Shown one piece after another: positions 17,406 to 27,290 of a DNA stretch of 29,586 nt (the stretch's first letter is position 1; every line of letters starts with the position of its first letter). The notes under the pieces are model-generated. The model was not told where the DNA came from and ran no database searches. It saw only the letters and a program-made list of their open reading frames with translations. Both the position numbers and the translations under genes were made by a program. Source of the stretch: Candidatus Thorarchaeota archaeon (GTDB lineage Archaea; Asgardarchaeota; Thorarchaeia; Thorarchaeales; Thorarchaeaceae); the NCBI GenBank assembly GCA_029858305.1, contig JAOUFI010000026.1:1-29586 (forward strand), in the 5' to 3' direction.

Positions 17406-20400
17406 ATGCCAATAAAATTGTCCTTTAAGCGAGCAATGAAAAGTAGTACTAAAGAGAGCTTCAAGGGGTTGGTATGGCTACGTAGAATTTGGTTTCTTGG
17501 AATAGGAACAACAATTTTGTATTTTCTTATGGTCTATGTATTACCGCTCTTCAAGGTGATTAATACTCCTATTATCCCTCTCAAGATTGCTGTAGAAACT
17601 GTTGTTTGTTTGACACCAATCATTTGCGGGTTTGCTTTGAGTAGGTATCAGATGTTCCAAAGAACTCTTACAATAACGGTAGAAAAGGAAATACTCATTG
17701 TGAATGTCGAGGAACAGATGTGCGGAATATGTTGTCTAGAGATTGAATCAGTATCAAGTTCTGTTTTCTCAGACGAAAATGGACGACCAAAGTATAATGG
17801 TTCTATGTTACTAGCAATTCGTGCGGGAATGAATAAGTCTGTTAGAATCGCATTTGAAGCAGGATCATCAAGAGGTGAACCATTTCTTAGAATTTTCATT
17901 ACTGCTACAGGTCTTACGATTGATATCATTAGAGAAATCATCAGGAGAGAAGCAACTAGGGTTGAAGCCATTCTTTTAGCATCGCTCAGTTTAGTAGAAC
18001 TTCGAATGCTTGAGGACAACGAGCTTCGTGATGCAGTGTGTTCGTTTACAAATGAATTCAGAAATGAGAAAGGGGACTTATCTAAAGACTATATCGAAAA
18101 TACATCATTGATGCTCTTGAAAGGAAATCCTCAGGTAAAGCCATCTCTTGAATCGTCACAGGTAGGAACGTTCCTTTCTACAGTATTGAAACAAAATTAC
18201 TCAGCCAGTATGACCTGCGTCTTTTCAGCTTCCAAACCAGGCAAGGAAAAGCAAAAACTTGAAGGTAAGTGGAAGACAATACAATCAAAGGAAAAACGAA
18301 AAGAGGAATCATTGAAAGATCATGCAGAGAAAAAGAAACTCATTACTGAGTATGAAGAAATTCAAGATAATATCGGATGGTTTGACTCTTCGGTGTACTT
18401 TTCTGTAAAATCGAATTCATTGAGAAACAATAGCATTGCTCGAGAGGGGTTGAGTGGGCTTATAGTTTCTATTTGGGGCGGGGATAATACAATCAAGCTT
18501 GTTTCTCAGAAAATATCACAAAAAACGGTTTTCAAACTTCTTACAAGAAATCATTTGAAAAAACAAAGAATGCATGTAAGTAAACTCGTTTCATTTTTCA
18601 ATACTCCAATTAGAAAACTACCAACTATCGGTCATGAACTTGTTCCGATGTTTCAAATTCCGTCACGCGAGTCTTTGAGTGATGAGATTGAAATAGGAGA
18701 TACTATTTTTGAGGGCCGCCGTTTCTCTAAGGCAGGTCTGAAGATAGAGTGGTTCAGAGAACATATTGCTGTATTAGGTGCTACAGGAACTGGAAAGACG
18801 ACTCTTGTAAAACATTTAATCACTCAAATTAGTAAAAAGACTGACATTCCTTGGTGGATATTTGATATCAAGGGAACCGAATATTCAGGACTCGCTGGGC
18901 AGTTGGAAGGCGAAGTAATTATTCTGAAACCAGGCCTTGATAGATCTTTCATCATAAACCTAATGGACCCTGATATGGGAGAAGATCAGAATTGCGCGTA
19001 TTCAACTTTTGTCATGTTAAGAGAGCTTCTCAAGGAAAAGGGAGAAGCTTCGGAACTTTCACCAGCTATGGAGAGATTACTAAGGGAATCCATACTAACA
19101 CTAGCAGAATCATTAGACGAGGATAACTCCATTCAATCCTTGGTCGAAATGGTAACTCAAGTGGCTACAGATGATAGAATAGGAAAGATGACGAGTGATG
19201 CTCTCGTTAATCGACTTCAGATTCTCTGCCGAGAACCTTTAGGCGAAATTCTCAGCGGAGGATTAAATGCAATTAAAATTTCAGATTTGCTGGATAAACG
19301 TGTAATTCTAGATCTTAGTTATGTAGCAAGAGTAGGAGGAATGGAGTCAGCTCGCTTATTATATAATTTAATTGCCAAACGCATCTTTGATAGCTCTATG
19401 AAGAGGGGGGTCGTTTCAGGAGTACATCATGTTGTTGTTCTTGAAGAAGCCAATAATCTTGTACCTGAAAGCTATTCTAGACACTCATCAGCTGATGTTA
19501 CGACAGGGGAATCTATGGTATTGTTGCAACGTGCGACAGGACAGGGTGTTATCGTCGTTTCGACCAGACCGAATATATCATCGAATATATTGGCTAATAC
19601 AGCCACTAAGATTGTTTTCCGATTACCCTACGATAGTCAAGTTGGAGGCAAGTTTCTATCACTAACACAGGATCAGGAAATCTATCTAAGAAGTATGAAA
19701 CGTGGCCGAGCTTTGGTAGCGATTCCTGATACTGAAACTTTTGAAATTGCTACTAAACCCTTTATCGATAGCTATCCTATCACTATGGATAGCGGTTCAA
19801 TTGATTTGAGTGATGAACGAAGAAAAGAAGATTCAGAGCAGGTATCAAGTGGAGTTTCTAATGAAAATGATTCACTCGGACCAACCGAAAAATTAAATCC
19901 TGATACTCTTGAAGCTGAAGCACAGACTGTTATTTTCGATAGAGTGGGACGATTGGGTAGTCATATCATTGCATTCTTAGCCGCAGAAGGCATGGCTACA
20001 GAGCAACGAGTTCGCGAACTTGTGTCTTCTCTTGACTCATCTGCAATGGAAGATGAAATCTCTGAGGTGATTAGAGAACTTGTTACCTTAGGGACCATTG
20101 ATCGAGAGTCATTATCACTTGTTCCAGGGGGATTTGTATATTCATTACCAGGAAAGGGTTTAGACGCAATTCGTAATGTGATTGTTGAGTACGTATCTAC
20201 AAAACTAGGTATCGAACAGGACGATTCTATAATCAGTGATTTTCGAACAGATTTTCCGGATATGATTATTGAAGACAAAGCAGTAGTCATTATACCTGAA
20301 CATCTTAGGGCATCATCGATGGATACTATTTTGGGTAAAATTCAACATCATATGGGAATACTTGGAAATGGTATAAGTGAAATGTTCATTGTTGTGAGAG

Positions 20401-21203
20401 GAAGCGTAGCGGCTGCTAAACTCCGAGAAATTCTTGATAGTAATGAAGAGTTTAATGCCGTGACCGTGGTATCTGCTTTTCCGAGCTCTCTTGACTCAAT
20501 GATAGAGAGTCTGGTTCGATCAATCTCTATCAAAGACCCTGTTGATAAAAAACAAGTTACACAAGACAACAATGATGACATTGATTTAATAGAAGCAATT
20601 CACGAAATTGGGCCGGCAACAAGTAGAGCCATTCAGATTCGTTTATGGTTTGGTCTCATCCAGGATTTTGTTGATTTGTCAAATGGGCAGGTTAGATGGG
20701 AGATAATTCTCGACTTTATTGAAACAACAGCTATTCAGTCTTTGAAAGGGAGATCTGCGCCTCTCACTGCGGATGAAGGGAGGCGAGCGCTTACCGAATT
20801 ACTTGCTGATGAAGTTCTGATTGCACTACGAACTAATGATGAAAACAAATTCTTTAATGTTGAACAAGGTCTATGGATAATTAATTCTTCAGTTTTACAA
20901 AATTTAAAAGAAAAAGCTACTTGTATTATCGAAACAGAGCTGAAGAAACATCATTCGGATGTTTCTCGAGATCATGGATATTATGATTTATGCGCTGGCA
21001 GCACATCTTACGTGATTTTTCCAAATCAACAACAATTGAGTACACTACTTAATCTTCATAGTAGTGTAGCTTGCAGAACGTGCAAGTCGACTCAAGTTAT
21101 GTGTATTTTAACTGCGTCAGAATATCTTGAAGATACTGTAGTAACACCAGGAAATCTAATAGTAAAGACAATGGATGATAATATCTCGACCTTGGTGATC
21201 TAA
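17406..21203 (+). CDS. Membrane-anchored HerA/VirB4/FtsK-superfamily ATPase with long C-terminal extension
   Basis: Two N-terminal TM helices; HIAVLGATGTGKT, IFDIKGTEY, VILDLS, Walker B VVVLEEANNL, STRPNISSNILANTATKIVFRL. Confidence 0.85.
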   Translation: MPIKLSFKRAMKSSTKESFKGLVWLRRIWFLGIGTTILYFLMVYVLPLFKVINTPIIPLKIAVETVVCLTPIICGFALSRYQMFQRTLTITVEKEILIVNVEEQMCGICCLEIESVSSSVFSDENGRPKYNGSMLLAIRAGMNKSVRIAFEAGSSRGEPFLRIFITATGLTIDIIREIIRREATRVEAILLASLSLVELRMLEDNELRDAVCSFTNEFRNEKGDLSKDYIENTSLMLLKGNPQVKPSLESSQVGTFLSTVLKQNYSASMTCVFSASKPGKEKQKLEGKWKTIQSKEKRKEESLKDHAEKKKLITEYEEIQDNIGWFDSSVYFSVKSNSLRNNSIAREGLSGLIVSIWGGDNTIKLVSQKISQKTVFKLLTRNHLKKQRMHVSKLVSFFNTPIRKLPTIGHELVPMFQIPSRESLSDEIEIGDTIFEGRRFSKAGLKIEWFREHIAVLGATGTGKTTLVKHLITQISKKTDIPWWIFDIKGTEYSGLAGQLEGEVIILKPGLDRSFIINLMDPDMGEDQNCAYSTFVMLRELLKEKGEASELSPAMERLLRESILTLAESLDEDNSIQSLVEMVTQVATDDRIGKMTSDALVNRLQILCREPLGEILSGGLNAIKISDLLDKRVILDLSYVARVGGMESARLLYNLIAKRIFDSSMKRGVVSGVHHVVVLEEANNLVPESYSRHSSADVTTGESMVLLQRATGQGVIVVSTRPNISSNILANTATKIVFRLPYDSQVGGKFLSLTQDQEIYLRSMKRGRALVAIPDTETFEIATKPFIDSYPITMDSGSIDLSDERRKEDSEQVSSGVSNENDSLGPTEKLNPDTLEAEAQTVIFDRVGRLGSHIIAFLAAEGMATEQRVRELVSSLDSSAMEDEISEVIRELVTLGTIDRESLSLVPGGFVYSLPGKGLDAIRNVIVEYVSTKLGIEQDDSIISDFRTDFPDMIIEDKAVVIIPEHLRASSMDTILGKIQHHMGILGNGISEMFIVVRGSVAAAKLREILDSNEEFNAVTVVSAFPSSLDSMIESLVRSISIKDPVDKKQVTQDNNDDIDLIEAIHEIGPATSRAIQIRLWFGLIQDFVDLSNGQVRWEIILDFIETTAIQSLKGRSAPLTADEGRRALTELLADEVLIALRTNDENKFFNVEQGLWIINSSVLQNLKEKATCIIETELKKHHSDVSRDHGYYDLCAGSTSYVIFPNQQQLSTLLNLHSSVACRTCKSTQVMCILTASEYLEDTVVTPGNLIVKTMDDNISTLVI

Positions 21204-22006
21204 GATATTTGTATTCGAGTACATATTGTTGGTTTTTCCTTTAACAAATCGGTCAAACGACCGGGGATTAGGAGATTAAAAATTGCAATGTCTACATTCT
21301 GGTTTGATAACTCAAGAAGTTCACTGATTTTTTTAGTCATGCCTCCAGTAACATCAGTATCAGATGAAGGACCTGTGTGTGCTAGAACTTGGCGAAAGTT
21401 TGAACGATTGATAAGAGGAATATATTGCGCTCTTGGATTAATTTGTGGATCTTCTTCAAGCACTCCATCTACATTAGTACCAATGAAAACAGCTTTTGTT
21501 GCAAGCTTTTTTGCGAGATGCACAGCAATTGTATCTCCACTCAAGATAGAAACTGACTTGAATTCATCAAAACAGACATCTCCGTGGATTATCACAGCAG
21601 CTTCTGCTTCTAGTGTCTTCTTAATAATTCCAATTGGAAAATCGTGAATAAGATTATCACGTAAAGTAACAAATGTGAAGGGAGAGAATGTAACGCTAGG
21701 AACACCTTGACGATTCATTTCATCTTCAACTCTTGATGATAATAGTGACATATTGTGGCGGATATCAGGTATTCCTGCCAACAGTTGTTTTGGAGAAGAG
21801 CTAGGAATTCCAAATCCATGTCTGTGTGCAGCTTGATGACCATGAGCTCCACCACCTAGAACTACTATAAGCGGACTGTTACAAACTGCTAACTCCTCAG
21901 CGATTCGCCTAAGATGCTTCTCATTAACACGTGGTGGAGATGAACCTTTGTGTGTAATAACAGATCCACCAAGCTTGACAATAGTAGGATTATCCAATTG
22001 TAGCAC
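21200..22006 (-). CDS. ipk: Isopentenyl phosphate kinase (archaeal mevalonate pathway)
   Basis: Amino-acid-kinase fold: VKLGGSVITHK, GGGAHGH (IPK His), HGDV, ILSGD, DVTGGM. Confidence 0.9.
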   Translation of the reverse strand: MLQLDNPTIVKLGGSVITHKGSSPPRVNEKHLRRIAEELAVCNSPLIVVLGGGAHGHQAAHRHGFGIPSSSPKQLLAGIPDIRHNMSLLSSRVEDEMNRQGVPSVTFSPFTFVTLRDNLIHDFPIGIIKKTLEAEAAVIIHGDVCFDEFKSVSILSGDTIAVHLAKKLATKAVFIGTNVDGVLEEDPQINPRAQYIPLINRSNFRQVLAHTGPSSDTDVTGGMTKKISELLELSNQNVDIAIFNLLIPGRLTDLLKEKPTICTRIQIS

Positions 22007-22140
22007 ACTTCTTCAAGCGTTACTATCACACTTATGGACATTGCCTTTGTAGTTAGTATGTTTCATTCACAAGACAAGCTTTTTATCCAATTCACTTTCC
22101 GTAGCCTTGGACACCTCAAAAGGCTGAGAGTGATTTCTAC

Positions 22141-22452
22141 ATGACTCAAAGAGCGAGAATCCGATTATCAAGCACGAGTACAGAACATCTAGATGGAGTC
22201 TGTAATCAAATTAGAAGAATTACTCGAAAAACAGGTGTCAGAATGGCAGGTCCGATACCGTTACCCACACATAAGATGGTCATACCAACAAGAAAAACTC
22301 CATGTGGTCAGGGCTCTGAATCCTGGGATAAGTGGGAAATGAGAGTTCATAAACGACTCATCGATATTGATGCTGATGAAAGGGCTATTCGACAGATTAT
22401 GCGTGTCAGAATTCCTGACTCAGTATATATCGAGATTGAATTAACTGGGTAA
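22141..22452 (+). CDS. rps10: 30S ribosomal protein S10 (uS10)
   Basis: [38 protein letters not shown]. Confidence 0.98.
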   Translation: MTQRARIRLSSTSTEHLDGVCNQIRRITRKTGVRMAGPIPLPTHKMVIPTRKTPCGQGSESWDKWEMRVHKRLIDIDADERAIRQIMRVRIPDSVYIEIELTG

Positions 22453-22535
22453 ATTAGTGCGATTGTATCAGGATACAAACCCTTTTTGCACGATTTGACA
22501 AGAATTACGTATTCTGCCTTAGAGGAATCTTGGCT

Positions 22536-24362
22536 ATGTGCGGTATTATAGGCGTTGTCCAGAAACGTGGTGATGTAGCACCGTTCTTGCATCAAGCTCT
22601 AAAACGACTTGAGTATCGGGGCTATGATTCTGTTGGAGTTACAACCATAGCAGAAGGAAAACTTTACATCAAGAAAGAGAAGGGGAAAATCGAAGAAGTC
22701 CATAGAAAACTCAATCTTGATGATATGCCAGGATCGATTGGGATTGGTCATACACGTTGGGCCACACATGGAATACCATCCATGCTGAATTCACATCCTC
22801 ACTTCGATTGCAACAATGAAATTTCAGTTGTTCACAATGGTGTAATTGACAATTTCTTGGAACTTAGGACAGAGCTCAGAGCAAAAGGGCATAAGCTGAA
22901 GTCTGAAACGGATACCGAAGTTATACCTCATCTTATTGAAGACTATATGAAAGATGGTATGGACTTATTGCAGGCAGTTAAGGAAACAACAAAGCGGATT
23001 GAGGGGACTTATGCTATTGTTGTGATGAGCACAAATGAGAACCCTAATCGAATTGTCTGCACGCGAGATGGTAATCCATTGGTTATAGGCAGAAAAGAGG
23101 ACGTTTCATATGTTTCATCAGATATTCCAGCGTTTCTACCTATGACCAATGATATGATTCTTCTTCTGGATGGAGAGATTGCGAGCCTCTCAACTGATGA
23201 AGTGAGAATAGAAAAACTATCTGATGAAAGTGAAGTAAACCGAGAGAGCATAAAGATAAGCTGGACTGCAGACCAAGCTCAGAAAAGCGGGTACCCGCAT
23301 TTTATGCTGAAAGAGATACATGAACAACCTGAGGCTATTAAAAATACCCTTCGGCTTAAGGACAATGTAATCAAAGAAGCTGCAAAGATTATTCATTCAT
23401 CTGAAAGAGTTTTCATGTTAGCAATGGGGACATCTGGTCATGCGGCTCAAGCAGGACAACATATGTTTGCATCTATCTCAGGAATTCTTCCAATCGTAGA
23501 GCTTGCAAGTGATTTCTCAGATACGGTATATGGAACTCTAACAAAAAAGGATTGCATCATAGCAATAACCCAATCCGGAGAAACAACAGATACTATTAGT
23601 GCGGTTAAGTATGCAAAGGAATTTGGGGTGAAGATTGTAGCAATCACTAATGTCGTTGGTAGTTCAATAACACAGTATGCAGATTATACGATCTTAACCC
23701 AAGCTGGGCCAGAAATAGGTGTGGCAGCCACAAAGACCTTTATGGTTCAGCTGACATCTCTAGCTCTTCTTGCCTTGAGTCTAGGAGAATTGACAAAATT
23801 TTTGGAATTGTCTGTCATCAAGGCTAAACGTGCGTTCTTGGAGAGAATGCCTGATATAGTATCCGAAACGATTTCGAGAAATGAGGAACTGGCAAGACGA
23901 TTAGCAGGACAAATATATGACAAACCAAGTCTGCTATTTTTAGGAAGAGGTGTATCGATAGCAACTGCAGAAGAGGGAGCTTTGAAACTCAAGGAGATTG
24001 CCTATAATCATGCTGAAGCGTATTCAGCTGGTGAGTCAAAGCATGGTCCAATTGCCCTTGTACAAGATGGGTATCCAGTCATATTTGTAGCTCCATATGA
24101 TGAAACACGTAGTAGAATGATTGGAAATATAATGGAGATGAAGGCAAGAGGGGGTTATACAATCTCCGTAATTTCAAAAGATGATGAAGAATTGACAAGT
24201 CTTTCAGATTATGTCTTCACAATATCTGATCAAATTGAAACAGAATTTTCCACAATGGCATTCATAGTACCACTCCAGCTGTTTAGCTATTACATGGCAT
24301 TAAGAAAAGGATATGACCCAGATAAACCTCGTAACCTTGCCAAGTCTGTAACAGTACTTTGA
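22536..24362 (+). CDS. glmS: Glutamine--fructose-6-phosphate aminotransferase
   Basis: N-terminal MCGIIG, LEYRGYDS, GHTRWATHG, SETDTEV, QSGET, GVAATKTF, KHGP, DKPRNLAKSVT. Confidence 0.97.
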   Translation: MCGIIGVVQKRGDVAPFLHQALKRLEYRGYDSVGVTTIAEGKLYIKKEKGKIEEVHRKLNLDDMPGSIGIGHTRWATHGIPSMLNSHPHFDCNNEISVVHNGVIDNFLELRTELRAKGHKLKSETDTEVIPHLIEDYMKDGMDLLQAVKETTKRIEGTYAIVVMSTNENPNRIVCTRDGNPLVIGRKEDVSYVSSDIPAFLPMTNDMILLLDGEIASLSTDEVRIEKLSDESEVNRESIKISWTADQAQKSGYPHFMLKEIHEQPEAIKNTLRLKDNVIKEAAKIIHSSERVFMLAMGTSGHAAQAGQHMFASISGILPIVELASDFSDTVYGTLTKKDCIIAITQSGETTDTISAVKYAKEFGVKIVAITNVVGSSITQYADYTILTQAGPEIGVAATKTFMVQLTSLALLALSLGELTKFLELSVIKAKRAFLERMPDIVSETISRNEELARRLAGQIYDKPSLLFLGRGVSIATAEEGALKLKEIAYNHAEAYSAGESKHGPIALVQDGYPVIFVAPYDETRSRMIGNIMEMKARGGYTISVISKDDEELTSLSDYVFTISDQIETEFSTMAFIVPLQLFSYYMALRKGYDPDKPRNLAKSVTVL

Positions 24363-24411
24363 GGACTTTAAATCCCTAATGAGTAGTAAACTACTGTATG
24401 AGGATATATCA

Positions 24412-24660
24412 ATGAATTTCTATGTTCTAAGTCCCCTTGTAGACTTTGCAAATTTAATAGCAGGTTATTTTGCGGAGATTTGGGACTTTCTAATCTTCAT
24501 AGGAAATATTTCGTCATTCATTGTAGTTCTCATAGGTGCAATTCTCTGGTTTACAGAAGTGAACTCAAAAAGGGGAAAGGGATTAGTTTTAGGTGGAATA
24601 CTCCTAGCAATTACGGTACAATATTTTGTGTTCTTTCCTCCAAGTTTTACGCTTATATAA
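24412..24660 (+). CDS. Small two-TM membrane protein, possibly TrbC/VirB2/CedA1-like pilin
   Basis: Amphipathic helix + TM (FIVVLIGAILWF) + basic loop (NSKRGKG) + TM (LVLGGILLAITV); GAGG SD before ATG 24412 (track start 24379). Confidence 0.55.
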   Translation: MNFYVLSPLVDFANLIAGYFAEIWDFLIFIGNISSFIVVLIGAILWFTEVNSKRGKGLVLGGILLAITVQYFVFFPPSFTLI

Positions 24661-24673
24661 TATCTAACAAGAG

Positions 24674-25888
24674 TTACATCAGTTGTTCTTTGATTGTAGT
24701 AAGAACAGTAGCCAGATTATCGATGTCAGACATTGAATTGTATGCATGAATTGAAACTTGGATGAGACCGTCTTGTGCTATTGATTGTACGAGAGAAGGT
24801 GCACAAACAAGACCGCTCCTAACAGCAATATTTGACGCGTCAAGAAATAATGCAACATCATGACAGCCAATCTCTGAAGTATCACCAAGATTGAAACCAA
24901 ATATGGTTGTTTTATCACTTGATGCGCCGTAAAGAGTTAAGCCGTCAATCTCATTCAGGCGTTTTCTCATATACTTGGACAAATTAACAAGATGACTAAT
25001 CATACCTTTCGAATGCAAGTCGGTGAGGTATTTTATTGATGCTTCAAGTCCAGCAATTGCTGGAACATTAAGATAGCCTGACTCAAATTTATCAGGTTGA
25101 AATGCAGTTTCGTATTTCTTTCCTTGCACATTTGAAACAGAAGACCCTCCAAGAATTCCTGGTATATGACTCTCTTCTGTAGATGGGCTAATCCATTGAA
25201 CTGCTAATCCTGGAGAACCCATTAATCCGATATTTGCAGAAAAAACAAGGAGATCACTTCCAAGATGTACGGGTGACTTTTCCAGTAAACCCATTGACCT
25301 AGTAGTATCAGTTAATAGAACTGCATCATGGGAGTGAACGATTTCTGCAATATCTGAAATGGCATTTCTTGTTCCAATTCCAGGAATTACATGACCAACG
25401 GCAACAATTCCAGTTCTATCGTCTACTAAGCTATCAAGCGAACTTAGAGAAACAGATCCATCGTTCTCTATTGGAGCAATTTCAACATCTAGATGTAAAA
25501 CCTCTGCAGCGCGCAACATTGAAACAAAAACGGAGTTTTCTTCAGATTGAGAAATAATCACTTTATTCCTCTTATTGTTTTTCCAATCAAAACCATATAC
25601 AAAAGACGCAATCGTAGAAGGTATTGAATTCTGAAACGAGATAAAAGCATGTTCGGTTTCGAGAAACTGTGATAAAGAACGTCGTGTGACTTCAACAATA
25701 TCACTTCCTTTTACAGCAAGCTTGTGCGCACCTCGCCTTGCAGAGGCAACCACTGTATTAAGAAAATTTGAAGTTGCATTCACCGAAGATTTGGGAACAA
25801 GTGTTGTGCTTGCTGAGTCGAAGTATGCTAAAGTCGGGACCTCATCGTATACTCCAAAATCTGATTTAACATCCATTTTGTTCACCAC
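24674..25888 (-). CDS. SufS/CsdA-like class V aminotransferase-fold protein with degenerate PLP site
   Basis: YFDSASTT, KFESGYLNVPAIAGL, HDVALFLD..NIAVRSG..CA, SIHAYN; the canonical SGHK motif reads SANI. Confidence 0.85.
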   Translation of the reverse strand: MVNKMDVKSDFGVYDEVPTLAYFDSASTTLVPKSSVNATSNFLNTVVASARRGAHKLAVKGSDIVEVTRRSLSQFLETEHAFISFQNSIPSTIASFVYGFDWKNNKRNKVIISQSEENSVFVSMLRAAEVLHLDVEIAPIENDGSVSLSSLDSLVDDRTGIVAVGHVIPGIGTRNAISDIAEIVHSHDAVLLTDTTRSMGLLEKSPVHLGSDLLVFSANIGLMGSPGLAVQWISPSTEESHIPGILGGSSVSNVQGKKYETAFQPDKFESGYLNVPAIAGLEASIKYLTDLHSKGMISHLVNLSKYMRKRLNEIDGLTLYGASSDKTTIFGFNLGDTSEIGCHDVALFLDASNIAVRSGLVCAPSLVQSIAQDGLIQVSIHAYNSMSDIDNLATVLTTIKEQLM

Positions 25889-25941
25889 GATGCAGGACTA
25901 TTGAGTAAACTGCTTTAATACCATACTATACTTTCATTAGA

Positions 25942-26949
25942 ATGATGAATGTGTCATTTGAAAGTCTTGTTGAGGGGTATTTCATCATCACCCCAGAAAA
26001 CCTCATTTTTGAGGTGAAAGGAGTAGTACACCCCAAACATCGTGTCATAGCCTACTTGAGGTATATACCAGAAAACGGTCAGAAGAAATCAGGCGTGAAT
26101 TATCAGAAGATCTATGATCTTGGCAGAAGGGAGAATTACTTAGAGTCTAATTTTCCAGAGTATCTATGGTTTAGTGAGGTTCATGGAAGAGTAATACAAT
26201 CAGTTACGAGAGAGAAGATTGTTTCGATTCTTAATCCAGTAGAGTATTTAGCTCATATGAAAAATCATCGTGGTACAAAAAGTGAACTTCATGAAGCAAC
26301 GATTGCACTGGTTAGGAAACTAATACATTGGACTGGAATATCATGGTCTGATATTGGTGTAACAGGTTCTCAGCTTTTAGGTATAGCAACAAAAGAGTCA
26401 GATATCGATCTCGTTGTCTATGGAAATGATACCTGTCGAAAGTTCTATGATAATTTGTTAAGTAACTATAATGAGATACAAGGAATCATACCATATTCTG
26501 GAGATTCTTTGAATAAGCATGTAGCTTTTAGATGGGGGGATTTAGCCAAAGATCATGAGATACTTAGAAAGATTGAGAGTAAGAAAGTTCTACAAGGTTT
26601 CTTTAACGGGTACGAGTTTTTCATTAGGTTGGTTAAACGTCCTGAAGAAATTGATGACTATTATGGGAAAAAACAGTATGAGATGATGGATTACTGTACA
26701 ACACGTTGTGTAGTTAAAGATGACACGGATTCCATTTTTACACCATGTACCTATACTGTTGAATCATCGAATAATACAATTCTTAGAAGACTTGTTAGCT
26801 ATCGGGGAAGATTTACTGAACAAGTTACAACAGGAATGTCTGTCAGGGCGAAAGGGCGTTTAGAAAAGGTTACGGATAGTATGACTGGTGACAGTTTTCA
26901 GCAACTTGTTTTGGGAGAAAATTCATCAGATTATTTACTACCAGTCTAA
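25942..26949 (+). CDS. Predicted archaeal nucleotidyltransferase (Pol-beta superfamily, COG1665-like)
   Basis: VKG..HP...AYLRY, GVTGSQLLG...SDIDLVVYG (GS..DxD), SYRGRFTEQ...GRLE. Confidence 0.8.
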   Translation: MMNVSFESLVEGYFIITPENLIFEVKGVVHPKHRVIAYLRYIPENGQKKSGVNYQKIYDLGRRENYLESNFPEYLWFSEVHGRVIQSVTREKIVSILNPVEYLAHMKNHRGTKSELHEATIALVRKLIHWTGISWSDIGVTGSQLLGIATKESDIDLVVYGNDTCRKFYDNLLSNYNEIQGIIPYSGDSLNKHVAFRWGDLAKDHEILRKIESKKVLQGFFNGYEFFIRLVKRPEEIDDYYGKKQYEMMDYCTTRCVVKDDTDSIFTPCTYTVESSNNTILRRLVSYRGRFTEQVTTGMSVRAKGRLEKVTDSMTGDSFQQLVLGENSSDYLLPV

Positions 26950-27100
26950 GTCTTCACAAGCTCACCTCATCAACAATAATTCACAGATAATTTGTGTGAA
27001 TGGCGCCATAATTGTGAATCATTAATTAGAAACAGAGTTTTGTATGCTTTTTGTACTCGATTAAGCAGTTATAGCTCTTCTTATCCTTGTGAATAGGCAC

Positions 27101-27123
27101 ACCCCTCCGTTTCCTGTGGAACT
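27101..27123 (-). promoter_or_regulatory. Origin recognition box (ORB) with G-string
   Basis: Reverse complement AGTTCCACAGGAAACGGAGGGGT matches the archaeal ORB consensus GTTCCA-nnn-GAAAC-nn-AGGGG. Confidence 0.8.
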
Positions 27124-27273
27124 AAGTAATCGGGCATATGAAATCCCTAGAGGTTCATTCACACACCATATATTTCTGTGAATGATTAAAAGGTTGGACA
27201 ATTTCCTTATTTTTGTCAATAGAGCGTTCATAATCCTTTTTTACCGCATATAAGATAGATAAGGACGTGAGCA

Positions 27274-27290
27274 CACAAGAAACGGAATGG
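27274..27290 (+). promoter_or_regulatory. Degenerate ORB, inverted relative to the first
   Basis: CACAAGAAACGGAATGG versus CACAGGAAACGGAGGGG: 14/17 identical. Confidence 0.5.
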
